Below, piece after piece: positions 30,154-41,804 of a stretch of 64,000 nt of DNA. The DNA is taken from NCBI GenBank assembly GCA_009914755.4, contig CP086569.2:16832001-16896000 (forward strand), written 5' to 3'. Under the pieces are notes generated by a model. That model had not been told where the DNA came from. It did not search any database and saw only the letters and a list, made by a program, of their open reading frames with translations. The DNA is from the human T2T-CHM13v2.0 reference genome, Homo sapiens. Position numbers and translations under genes: made by a program. The first letter of the stretch is position 1. The number at the start of each line of letters is the position of its first letter.

Positions 30154-31554
30154 GTTGAGTGGGGTATTTACAATGTGGTACATTTGATTTTGACTGTTTT
30201 TGACATTCTTATTCTGAAAAATGATATAACTTTGAAATTAATTATGTTTACACACCCATACATACTCTTCACATAGGCAATTGGTGTGAAAATGTGTCCA
30301 GTGAGTCTAAAAATAATAAAACTGTGTAATGTGAAATGTGGAGGAGCATTGTAGAATGCATATTAAAACAAAATAACCATAAAGATAGATTCTAGCACAG
30401 AATGCCTGGATTCCAATCCTTTGATAGGATTTCAAAGTGAAATGAGATAAAATGACTGGAGAGAGAGAATGATGATAACTTTAGACACTAAGGCAATTCC
30501 CAGGATGTGTTCAGTGTGACACATTGCACATGGACCTTAAGCAAATGCACAATGGTCAGTTGGGCTCAGGGGATTTCTAGGGTGGACTAGCCCTAGCTTG
30601 GGTTTAGAAGAAGCTTGACAGAGCCTCTCTCCTAGCCATACATCTATCAATCTGGGAACAGCAAAAATGCACTCAGTGGGATTTAGGACTTTTCCCCAAA
30701 GCATTAGAGACACAGAGCTCTATCGGTCATCTCTGAATTCTCTGAGTTCCCATGTCTTGTCTTAAGATTCTTGTTGGTTTGGCTTCTTTTTTCTTGCTTT
30801 GTCCAATAATTCCACCAGCTTCTTACGTTCTTGGTTAATGAAGTAACCCATGACTATCTCAGCACTCAAGTTTGTCCCTATTGATTGATACCTGTAACTT
30901 CTAGCTATCTGATTTTTCCACAAATCCCCCAATACACATCTACACCAGTTTTTGAATCTACTTTTTTTTTTTTCTCCAAGGTTACCAATGACCTCAGGAA
31001 ATGCAGTCAGATCCAATTATCTCCTCTTAGTCCACCACTGGCATTACAGTATTTGACTCTATTCACCCGCATCTCAGTTTCAAGGCGTAGCTCTGTGGCT
31101 TTAAATCTGTTCGCCTTCTTCATTGACTTCAGTTTATCCAACAATTTTTATAAGTCAGCATTTCCCAAAGCTGTGCTTGAATTCAGCCTGTGCCTCTAAA
31201 CTCTGCTTTCTGTGGGTTCCCAATCATCCCTATAGCTTCTACCATGAGTTCTTTGCTGCTAAGTCCCTAATATGTGTTTCTTTGCTCTCATTTCTAAAAG
31301 CCAAACACTTACACCTGTAACTCAGCACTTCTAAAATTAAATTCGTGACTGCCTTCTCTATTTTTGCAGTCTGGATTGATTATCAGTGTTCTCTAGTTTA
31401 ATAATAAACCCATGGAATACCGCGGAGCCATAAAACAATAATTTTATTAGGTAAATATATATTAATCATATTTTTATTTTAAAATACATGCTGAGTTAGC
31501 ACATTGCATTTATTTTCAGGAATGTCTGTAAAACACTTTTAAATTCTTTCTTTC

Positions 31555-31637
31555 TTTTTGGAGATGGAGTTTTGCTGTTGCCCAGCGTGTAGTGCAGTAG
31601 TGGGAATCTCAGCTCACTGAAATCTCTGTTTGTTGGG
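31555..31637 (-). mobile_element. Alu fragment, truncated
   Basis: tttggagatggagttttgctgttgcccagcgtgtagtgcagtagtgggaatctcagctcactgaaatctctg. It is part of the duplicated block (see findings). Confidence 0.7.
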
Positions 31638-33249
31638 AGACAATCAATGAGACCAGTGTCCAGTGTGTATCAGGAATGGTGGCATGCTTTCTATTACTGG
31701 TCTCCTCATTTGTGTGCATTCACCCCTCACACTTTCCTTATTCTAAAAAGTCTTTTATAAATCTTGAAGTTCTTCACCTTTTGCAGCCCAGGGCCATTTC
31801 TCCAGGTTTGCAGCACAAGTGATGCAGCAGACCATCAAGGGAGACATCCAGTAATGCGTGAGTACGTCTTCTGCCCTGAATTCTACTCTGCTACCACTTG
31901 GGTGAATTAAGTTGCCTACAATGATGGTACCCCTAGATCTAGTGACTCAGCCAACTCAAGCACAGGAGTATGATTACATTCACCTGGGATAGTGATTCTG
32001 ACATGCAGCCAAGATAATGGATCTACCACCATGAAGGAAGAGCCATTAAACAATGGCTAGTAGGCCAAATCCCTCTGGCCATCTGTTCCTTTAGGGACCA
32101 CTGACTAGGAATATATTTTCATATTTTTGAAATGATTGGGAAAATAATCAAAAGGAGGCTCATGTTTCATGATGATAAAAATTATACAACATACAAATTT
32201 CAGTGTGCATAAATGGGAACACTACCATATTTGTTTATCTTCATATTGCCTGTAGCCGCCTTCTCCATATGACAGCAAGGTTGAGTAGTTGCAGCAGAGA
32301 CTTCACCCATCTTCAAGGTTTTCTCACCTCTCACTCTCAAGGTTTTGTGCACAATGTATGAAATATTTGCTCATGACTTTTCCTACTTTCTTAAACATTT
32401 TGGTTTCTACTTGGTTTTAAAGAAGATCAACCTTGGCCCTGGATTTCCTAGTTAAATATAGACAACCTAGATTAATTGTATCATAACATTATCTCCCCTA
32501 AGCTGTCTGATGGGCCAGGAATGTTGCAGTAAGTAAACTCATGCATCTTTTCTGGACATGAATCAAGAAGCAGTGAACTTGGAAGGGACCTTGGGCCATC
32601 AAGGGAGTTAGCTTTAAGATGACTGAAACAACAGCAGGTAGGGCAGTGTGAGGAAAAAAACCAAGCACTTGGTTCATAAAGGAGTTGCTGGATGAAGTTT
32701 TCCCTGAAGGATGACCAACCTTTGAACTTTCCATTTAGTGTTGTCAGAACTAGTAGATAATATAACATGACCAGTTGTATTTAAATTTTAGATAAACAAC
32801 AGAGAACTCTTCAGTATAAGTGTTGTAAAAATAAGTAACTCAAAATCAAAGCTGTTGGAACTTTTTTTTTTTTTTTGAAACTTAAAGGAATGTGGTTATG
32901 GGAACTAAGTCTCCTGACAGGCAGCTTTAACCTAGGCAGCTTCAACCTTTGTTCTGCTGATCATAGAATACCCTTTGCTTTACCTACATTGTCTTGTAAA
33001 ATATTGTGAATTACTAAAGGGCAACAGAGAAGATCCCTTCCCACTGCACTGTTGATTTTCCTTGTGAATTAACTTATCTCTTGCTTCTCATGCACAAAGA
33101 TCTCACAATTACCACATTATCTAAGATGAAATATTAAATATACTTTTAATTTAGAAAAGGGAAGGAAAGCAGCTGTAAGTTAGCTGTATGTAAGTTTGAC
33201 CAAATTGATGAAACTCTTTTATACCGGATTCTGATCCTTTTGATGATTT

Positions 33250-33360
33250 TAGGTTGACAGTATGTTGTATGTTAGTGTGTATTTACATGTGTATATATGT
33301 ATAGGTACATATATTCATATATATGTGTGCATGTGTGTGTGTGTGTGTGTGTGTGCACTA
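33250..33360. repeat. (TG)n/(TATG)n microsatellite
   Basis: ...atgtgtgcatgtgtgtgtgtgtgtgtgtgtgtgcac. Confidence 0.85.
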
Positions 33361-34091
33361 AGCTCTTATTTGTTCCCCTACTGACTGTTTTTATTTATTT
33401 GGATAACATCTTGAACCTCTTGTTACTACCTGTTATTACTGTTCAGAAGTTTGGCAGCAAAAGCAGATGTTGAACTCAATTAATAATTCTAACCTTACAT
33501 AAATGCTAAACTTTCAGTAGATAAACTTGGACCCATTATGTATTTTTAGAGAAGAAGTCATGTGCCAAAACACCTAGATGTGTTAACTTTTCAGCGAAAC
33601 CTTATCAGAATCACTTATCAAAGAAAATATGTGGCACAACTCCCTGGACTTGCCATTTAAAAACCCACGATCTTTATATGTAATATGTATATATAATACA
33701 TATTTATTTAACCCATGAATTATATGTAAGGTGTTTCACTAACAGACTTTCTTTCTATAATCAACCATATTTCTTGGTATCAAGGTATATCCTGTAGCCT
33801 GATTTTCATGTCCCATAACTTTTGAGTGGGTAATTGTAACTGATCATAGCTCATTATGCAGTCTTCTGGAGGCTGCTGTTTTTCAACATTTTATCCAATG
33901 AATATTTGCATAAAAAGAGTAGACTAAATATCCCAATTTTGCTTAAAAAATGCACACAGAATTCAGGAGGTGAAGAGTCACAGGGATAAGAAGCCACACT
34001 TAGTCTATGTAAATAATTCATTTGGTTGAGGGAAAGGAGATGAATGAATAAAAACAATCTAACTCTGGAGAATAATTCTCATACATAAATG

Positions 34092-34810
34092 GATGAAGAA
34101 TATGAACAGACACTTCTCAAAAGAGGATATTTATGCATGCGACCAACACGAAAAGAAGCTCATCATCACTGATAATTAGAGAAGTGCAAATCAGAACTAC
34201 AATGAAATACCATCTAATTGCAGTTAGAACAGTGACCATTAAAAACTCAGGAAACAACAGAAGCTGGAGAGGATGTGGGGAAATAGGAATGCTTTTACAC
34301 TGTTTGTAGGAGTGTAAATTAGTTCAACCACTATGGAAAACTGTGTGGTAATTCCTCAAAGATCTAGAATGAGAAATACCATTTGACCCACCAATCTCAT
34401 TACTGAGTATGTACCCAAGGGATTATAAATCATTCTACTATAAAGACACATGCACACACATATTTACTGCAGTACTATTTACAATAGCAAAGACTTGGAA
34501 CCAATCCAAATGCCAATCAATGATAGAATGGATTAAAAAAAAGTGGCACATTTACAACATGGAATACTATGCAGCCATAAAAAAGAATGAGTTCATGCCT
34601 TTTTCAGGAACATGGATGAAGATGGAAGCCATCATTCTCAGCAAACTAACACAGGAACAGAAAACCAAACACCTCATGTTCTCACTCATGGGTGGGAGTT
34701 GAACAATGAGAACATATTGACACAGGAAGGGGAACATCATACTGGGGTCTGTCGGGGGGTGGGGGTCAAGGGCAGGGAGAGGATTTGGACAAATACCTAA
34801 TGCCTGTGGG
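34092..34810 (+). mobile_element. Older L1 3' end (ORF2 C-terminal plus 3'UTR start), no tail
   Basis: [12 protein letters not shown]...[43 protein letters not shown]... Track ORF 34409-34702 reads ...[93 protein letters not shown]. Confidence 0.85.
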
Positions 34811-35489
34811 GCATAAAACCTAGACGGATTTTCATAGAATATGCATTGCTGATGGCCTGAAATGATCTTGTAAAAGCCAAGGTTTCAAACTTGATAGCTC
34901 TAAGTTATTTAAGGTAACATGTAACAGCAAAGTATTTATTACCAGCAGAAATTGTTTCTCCAAAGGAAAATAAATTATATATAAGACTCCATTAAAATAG
35001 AATAGTTTTTAAAAGAAGAATAAAAGGGGTAGTATACAGAAACATTGAGTTATAACAAATTTTGGCTTCTATATATACTGATGGCTCTCAAATAGAAATA
35101 TTTCACGTACCTAGATGTGTGCATGTGTAAGAGTGTCTGCCTGTGTTCTGTCTGATGTTTTCAAGTTAATTTGTCTGAATGTTTTGTAAAATTAAAATAA
35201 AATATTATAATAAGTCCATTGTTTCATTGCTTAAATACACAATATTTAATAGGATTAGTTAAGAAAAAAAAGCTTCCATTAATTGAAAATACGTTTGAAG
35301 AGTACAAGGAAAAGGAGAGTTTCTCTTCTGAGACAAACATTTCTTATCTCAAAAATGGGAAGTAATTAGGGCTTTGGGATTTTGTTAGGTAAATTTATAT
35401 TAATCATATTTTCATTTTAAAAATATATGCTGAGTTAGCACATCACATTTATTTTCAGAAACTTCTATAAAACCCTTTTAATTGCTTTC

Positions 35490-35781
35490 TTTATTTCGTT
35501 TCTGAGATGGAAGTTTGCTGTCACCCAGCGTGGAGTGCCGTGGTGGGATCTCAGATCTCTGCAATCTCTGCCTTCTGGGTTCAAGGCATTCTGCTTCAGC
35601 CTCCTGAGTAGCTAGGATTACAGGCATATGCCACCACTCCTAGCTAATTTTGTATTTTTAGTAGAGATGGGATTTCACCGTGTTTGCCAGGCTGATCTTG
35701 AACTCCTGACCTCAAATGATGCACCCGCCTTAGCCTCCAAAAGTGCCAGGATTACAAATGTGGGCCACTGCACCTGGCCCA
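35490..35781 (-). mobile_element. Alu SINE
   Basis: gagatggaagtttgctgtcacccagcgtggagtgccgtggtgggatctcag...cctcctgagtagctaggattacaggcatatgccaccactcctagctaattttgtatttttagtagagatgggatttcacc... Confidence 0.9.
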
Positions 35782-36231
35782 AAGACTTTTAATTTCAATT
35801 ATTCCATTTTTCAGATACATGTATGTGTGTGTCTCTGTGAAGTCTGTATGACGGTATATATGTCTGCATCTATGTACATATTATTATACAGATACTCATG
35901 GGTACAGGGTTGGGGATGAGGGATGGGATTACTTTTTCAGAGGTCATATGGTTTATTATACAGCCACGCTGTGATATTTCCTTATCTTTCTAATTAATAA
36001 TACCTTCAAATGTGCACAAGAACAACAGCAAGATCTCTGCAAAATCATGGTGAGAATTTATCAGTTTGCAAATTTAATGAACAAGTTTCAAAGAGTGTAT
36101 TTTGAGGATTTTAAATGGTTTAAAGATTTCACACTTCAGCGATTTCTCTTTCATTGTCACAAATAATGTAAGTTTTCTCATAAATATGTAAAAATGTTAA
36201 AAATGTATATGATGAGTACAAAGGTTACTAT

Positions 36232-37230
36232 TGTGTAGTAATTTGATGAAGACATAGAGTGCTCAGATATTTGATTAAGCATCATTCTGGGCGAGTCCCT
36301 GAGGGTGTTTCTGGCTGAAATTAGCATTTGAATTGGTACATCGGGTAAAGCATATTATCTTCCCTATTGTGGGTGCACATCATCTTTCCCATGGAAGACC
36401 TGAATATAATAAAAGACTGAGTAAGAATTATTTCTCTCTGCCTGACTGTTTTGGAACTAAGGCACTGGTCTTCTTCCTGCCTTCAAAATTGATATTGTAC
36501 TGAAAATAACATCATTGACTCTGCTGATTCTTTGGCTTTTGGATTGACACTGGAACTTGCACTTGCAGCTCTACAGGGTCTCTAGTCAAAAGACTGGAAT
36601 TCACACCATTGGCTTCCTTGAGTTTCACACCTTCAGACAGGAAATCATGCCAGCAGCTTTCTTGAGTCTCAAACCTTCAAACTCAGACTGTAACTCATAC
36701 CCGCAGCTCTCCTGGGTTTCGGGCCTTCAGGCTTAGACAAACTCACACTCTCAGATCTCCTGGGTCTCAGGCCTTCAGACTCAGACTGGAACTGACACAG
36801 TTGTCTCTGCTGGATCTCAGGCCTTTACTCTCAGACTGAAACTAACACCCTCTGCTCTTCTGGGTCTCAGGCCTTCCGACCCAGACTGGAATTCACACCC
36901 TTGGTTCTCCTGGATCTTGGGCCTTCAGACCCAGGTGGAACTCATACCATTGGCTCTCTTGGGTCACAGGCCTTCAGATTAGAACTCACACCTTCAGCTC
37001 TCCTGGATCTCAGGCCTTCAGATGTAGACTGGAACTTACACTGCTGGCTCTCCTGGTTTTCAGGCCTTCATGCCAGAACTCATACCATGGGCTTCCCTAG
37101 CTTTCTAGCTTTCCCACTGCACATCTAGGGACTTCACTCCCTCCACAATCATATGAACCAATTCTTTATAGTTAATGTCTCTAACTGGCCATTAAATAAA
37201 TGATAAGTATGTTATGTACTATTTCTAAGA
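36232..37230 (+). mobile_element. LTR-like interspersed repeat (family recognised as recurrent in primate DNA but not confidently named), copy A, with expanded internal minisatellite
   Basis: It begins tgtgtagtaatttgatgaagacatagagtgctcagatatttgattaagcatcattctggg...ggtaaagcatattatcttccctattgtgggtgcacatcatc. The body holds the tandem array. The end has ...cacaatcatatgaaccaattctttatag. It is homologous in reverse orientation to copy B at 38148-39510, for example gctgggacatctcatctcacc vs ggtgagatgagatgtcccagc. Confidence 0.45.
36590..37110. repeat. Minisatellite with a unit of about 50 bp and about 10 copies (consensus roughly gactggaactcacaccnttggctctcctgggtctcaggccttcagactca)
   Basis: Successive units start gactggaattcacacc, gactgtaactcatacc, gactggaactgacaca, gactgaaactaacacc, gactggaattcacacc, ggtggaactcatacc, gactggaacttacact.... 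Each unit ends ...tcctgggtctcaggccttcagac. Confidence 0.85.
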
Positions 37231-38174
37231 AAAAAATGTGATTTCTAAGGAAAATGTTTCATTATTACTTACCAGTAATACCTCTAATTCAAATGAGAGT
37301 ATATCTGACTTTTAATGCTGATAGGCTATTAATTCAATTTATATTCAAAACATTGTTTTATGACTTCTACTAAAATATAGACGTGAAGAAGACAGAGTTA
37401 AGACCCTAGAAGAGTTTACCACCATTCAGGAGGGAGATGTGGGCACAGTGGGCCATACTACCAAGACTAAAGAACACCTAAACCATTCCACGTCTCAGTA
37501 GCTAACCCCAAACCAAGCTTTAGTATATGTGCCCATGTTCTGAGTCTGAATCCCAAACAAGCTCATTGGTTGGAAATGTGTTTATTATGTCTGTCTCTAT
37601 TTAATTCTATTCTTTCTCATTCCTTTGGAAGAGAAGAAAGATTAGTGGTGCAAGATGAATGCCAAGTTGAGAACTACTTGACTGATATTGCACCACTTCC
37701 CCAGGAAATGCTTAGCAATGTCTAGAGACAATATTGTTTCTTGTCATAATTGAAGAGAAAAGGAATTACTGATTAAAAGACAGGGATGGTGCTAAACATC
37801 CTACAATGCTCAGAACAAACCCCCAAAACTGAAAATTGTCTGGTCTCAAGTGTCAATACTGTTGATCTTGAGAAACTCTACTGCTGACTCACAGTGGAGG
37901 AAACAGCAAAACAGAATTAATAAAAACCTTAATTAATATGATGCTGGTAAGAAATCTAATCAGAATTTGAACATCATATCTTGCACTTATTAATTCATTT
38001 TTTAATTATGTTTTGGCTTTTTATTTTTATTTTTTGAATACATCCTTACAGAGCTTCATTTATATTCTAGAGCCTGGATATACAAAGCTAAGTAAAATGC
38101 TCATGCAACACTTGAAGTTCACCAGAGAAAGTATATGCATGACAACATGTATTAGGGTACTCCAGAGAAACAGA

Positions 38175-38184
38175 GCAAATAAGG

Positions 38185-38230
<46 letters not shown>

Positions 38231-38300
38231 CAGACAGATAGATATAGATAGATGTAGAGATAGATAGATGGAAAGATAGAAAGATATAAATAGATATAGA
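38175..38300. repeat. (GATA)n microsatellite
   Basis: (gatagata)n with gaca/gatg variants. It continues at 38690-38820 on the far side of the nested LTR. Confidence 0.9.
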
Positions 38301-38334
38301 GATAGTTATAAACAGACAGTAGTATTAGTCTGTT

Positions 38335-38690
38335 TTCACACTGCTATAAAAATACTACCTGAGACTGGGTAATTTATAGAGGAAAGTGGTATAATTGACT
38401 CACAGTTCTGCATGGCTGGGGAGGCCTCAGGACACTTACAATCATGGCAGAAGGAAAAGGGAAAGCAAGGTATGTCTTACATAGTAGTAAGAGAGAGAGA
38501 AAGCAAAGGGAAGTGCCACACTTTAAAACCATCAGCTCTCATGAGAACTCACTCCCAATCACAAGCACAGCATGGAAGAAACTGCCTTCATAATCTGATC
38601 ACCTCCTACCATAACCATCCCTTAGCACATGGGGATTACAATTCAAGATGAGGTTTGGATGGGGACATGGAGTCCAGCCATATCAGATAG
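38335..38690 (-). mobile_element. THE1/MST-type MaLR LTR nested in the (GATA)n array
   Basis: gtagtattagtctgttttcacactgctataaaaatactacctgagactgggtaatttatag...cttacaatcatggcagaaggaaaagg...ggatggggacatggagtccagccatatcag. Confidence 0.85.
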
Positions 38691-38820
38691 ATATCAAACA
38701 TAGATATAGAGATAGAGAGCTCTAAATAGACAGAAATAGATACATAGATACAGAGATATAGAGATAGATAGATAAAGATATGTAAATTAAGAGATAAATG
38801 ATAGATAGATTTATGATATA
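38690..38820. repeat. Degenerate (GATA)n/(AGAT)n array
   Basis: atagatatagagatagagag...agatagatagataaagatatg...gatagatagattt. Confidence 0.8.
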
Positions 38821-39179
38821 TTGCTGCATGCTACTATGAAGGCTGAGAATTCCCATGACCTGCTATCAGCAATGCATACCCAGGAAACCTGGCCTTGAAA
38901 TTCAGCCTGAGTTTGAAGGTTTGATAATGAGGGGAGTCAATGGTATAAATACCAGCCCAAGAGCAAGAGAAGGTGAGATGAGATGTCCCAGCTTAAGCAG
39001 TAAGTCAGAAAAAAAGGGATGATTCCTAGTTTCTCCTCTCTTTGTTCTATTGAGGCTCTCAATGGATTGGATGATTATGGGTGGATCTTCATTATTCAGT
39101 TGACCAATTCAAATGCTAATTTCATCCAGAAACAATGAATGCTGATTTCATCCTTCCACAATGTAAGTTTCCTGAAGCA

Positions 39180-39418
39180 TCTCTCTCTCCATCCCTATCC
39201 CTGTATCTATTTCTATATCTATTTATATCTATTTTCCTATCTCTACAACTATCTATCTGTAGCTATCTCAGTATCTATTTCTATACCTATTATATCTATC
39301 TTTCTATCTCTACATCAACCTATTTCTCTATCTGTCTGTCTGTCTGTCTATCTATCTAGCTAGCTATCTATTTATCTATCTCTTATTGGCTTTCTCTGGA
39401 GTACCCTGACTAATACAT
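39180..39418. repeat. (TCTA)n/(CTAT)n array plus an inverted copy of the repeat 5' terminus
   Basis: tatctatttctatatctattt...ctgtctgtctgtctgtctatctatctagctagctatct is followed by ttattggctttctctggagtaccctgactaatacat. This is the reverse complement of atgtattagggtactccagagaaacagagcaaataa at 38147-38183. Confidence 0.85.
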
Positions 39419-39929
39419 CCTCACAGACACACCCAGAAATAATGCTCAACGTAGGCAACCCATAGCCCAGTTAACTGTACACAAGTCAAAACAAACTATC
39501 CCATCATACACACTACAATACTGTAGGATGAAATCATGGGACATCCCCAGACTCTAGGAATTCAGGACAAGGATTTACTTCTAGGATAGCCTGGATATCT
39601 TCAGAGGTGGTGTAAAGGGTGCAGACCCTGGGGGATCAGAGAATATTAGACAGAAAAGGAAATCAGAGGGAGACAGGATAGCAAATAAAAGCCCAGTGCA
39701 TCAGGAAAAGGTGAGTGTGTTCTGATACGTGGAAAAGCCAGTGTGGCTAAAGTCAAGTTAGAAATCAATTTCAATAGAATGTTGAGCTAAAGACAGGGAA
39801 TGTGACCATGGCTGTGGTTGTGATTGGCAGCTTGGAAAATTCACATAGTGATTAAAGACAACACTTTTAAGAAGTTTGTCTGTGACCTTGTAAGACAAGG
39901 GTCATCAAAAATGTAGTGAGATATTACAG

Positions 39930-40440
39930 CACCCCAGTTAAAATAGCTATTATCAAAAAGACAAAAAATAATGATCGTGCAATGGATGTGGAAAAAAGGA
40001 ACTCTTGTTCTCTGTTGGTGGGAATGTAAAATAGTATAACTGCTAGGGAGAACCAATCACATGGGAGTTCCTCAACAAGCTGTAATTAAGACTACCATAA
40101 GATCTAGCAATTCCAATGCTAAGTATTTGCCCTAAAGAAAGGAAAACAGTATATTAAAAGAATATCTGTAGTGCCATGATTTTGTAGCAGGGCTCACAAT
40201 AGACAAAGTGCAAAATCAACCTAAATGTCCCTCAATGAATGGGTAAAGAAAACGTGGTATACATACATAATGAAATATGATTTTACCATTAAAAAAAATG
40301 AAATACTGTCATTTGTGGCAACAGGGATGGAACTGGAGGTCAGTATGTTAAGGAAAATAAACCAGACACAGAAAGGCAAATATTGCATGTTCGCAATCAC
40401 ATGTGAGTATTGGGGGAACCTGTCCCCAATATTTCAATGT
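39930..40440 (+). mobile_element. Ancient L1 (L1M-like) ORF2 C-terminal/3' fragment
   Basis: The translation resembles ...IAIIKKTKNNDRAMDVEKRELLFSVGGNVK... and ...NLNVPQ-MGKENVVYIHNEI...K-NTVICGNRDGTGGQYVKENKPDTERQILHV, an L1M ORF2 tail. Confidence 0.55.
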
Positions 40441-41804
40441 AGGTTCTTTCTATTTTTCCTAAGTGTTGGCTGGTCTCAATAATAAAGAGAAAGAGCACAA
40501 ACAGCAATTTTACAACTGGGCCACTGGGGGTGACATCACATATTGGTAGGTCTGTGATGTCCACCTGAGCTGCAAAACCAGCAAGTTTTTATTTGGGATT
40601 TTAAAAGGGGATGAGGTGTATGAACAGGGAATAGGTCACATGCTTCAAGGGGCAAAAGGCAGAGCAAAGATCACATGCTTCTGAGGAAACAGGACCAGGG
40701 CAAAAAGAGAAACTACTGATAAGAGTTTATGTTCAGTGGTGCATGTATTGTCTTGATAGACATCTTAACAGAAAACAGGGTTGGAGAGCAGAGAACTGGT
40801 ATGACCTCAAATTTACCAGGGCTGGGGTTTCCCAATCCTAGTAAGCCTAAGGATACTGCAGGAGACTAGGGAGTATCTCAGTCCTTATCTCAACTGCAGA
40901 GGACAGACAACCCCAGAGCAACTGTTTACAGACCTCCCTCAGGAAAGCAGTTCTTTTCCTAGGGTCTTAATATATTCCTTGCTAGGAAAATAATTTAGTG
41001 ATATCTCTCCTACCTGCACATCTGTTTATAGGCTCTCTGCAAGAAGGAAAATATGGCTTTTTTTGCCTGCTCCCACACAGTCAGACATTATGGCTATCTT
41101 CCCTTTTTCTCTAAAATCACTGTTATTCTGTTCTTATTCGAGGTGCACGGATTTCATATTGTTTAAACACATGTTTTACAATCAATTTGTACAGTTAACA
41201 AAATCATCACAGGGTCCTGAGATGACATACATCCTCAGCTTATGAAGATAAGAGGATTAAGAGATTAAAGTAAAACAGGCAAAGTAAATTATAAAAGTAT
41301 TATCAGGGAAGTGATAAATGTCCATGAAATCTTCACAATTTATGTTCCTCTGCTGCAGCTCCAGCTGGTCCCTCTGTTCAGTGTCCCTGACTTCCCACAA
41401 CATTTGAGAGCTGAAGAAGTGGATCTAATGTAGATAGAGAATAGAATAATAGGTACCAGAGGCTGGAAAGTGTAGGGGGGAGGAGGGAATAAAGACAAGT
41501 TTGTTAACAATACAAAAAATATAGTTAGATGGAAGCAATAAGTTCTAGTCTTTGATAATGAGTAGGGAAAGTATAATTAACAAGAACTTATTGTATGTTT
41601 TTAAATAGCTAGAAGAGAATGATTGAAATGTTCCTAACACACACAAAAAAAGATAAGCATTTAAAAAGATAGATACACCAATCACCCTGATTTGATCATT
41701 ACACATCATAAACAGGTATCAAAATCTCACTTTGACCACCAAAATATATACAACTACTATACATCAAAATATTTTAAAAACACAAGTGTCAACATAAACT
41801 TTTT

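Larger units (their letters stand above)
38148..39510 (-). mobile_element. Same LTR-like repeat family, copy B. It contains (GATA)n expansions, a nested THE1/MST LTR and an internal inverted duplication
   Basis: It starts tgtattagggtactccagagaaacagagcaaataaggg followed by (GATA)n, and includes ...gaggctgagaattcccatgacctgc...gagatgagatgtcccagcttaagcag...ctcaatggattggatgatt...aatgctaatttcatccagaaaca. After the inverted block at 39180-39418 it resumes cctcacagacacacccagaaataatgctcaac...ccatcataca. Confidence 0.45.

Noticed and set aside
36560-37110. Regularly spaced direct repeats that could be read as a CRISPR array
   Set aside because: The units are contiguous at about 50 bp with no unique spacers. 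They sit in Alu/L1-rich eukaryotic DNA and are an internal motif of a dispersed repeat. This is a minisatellite.}
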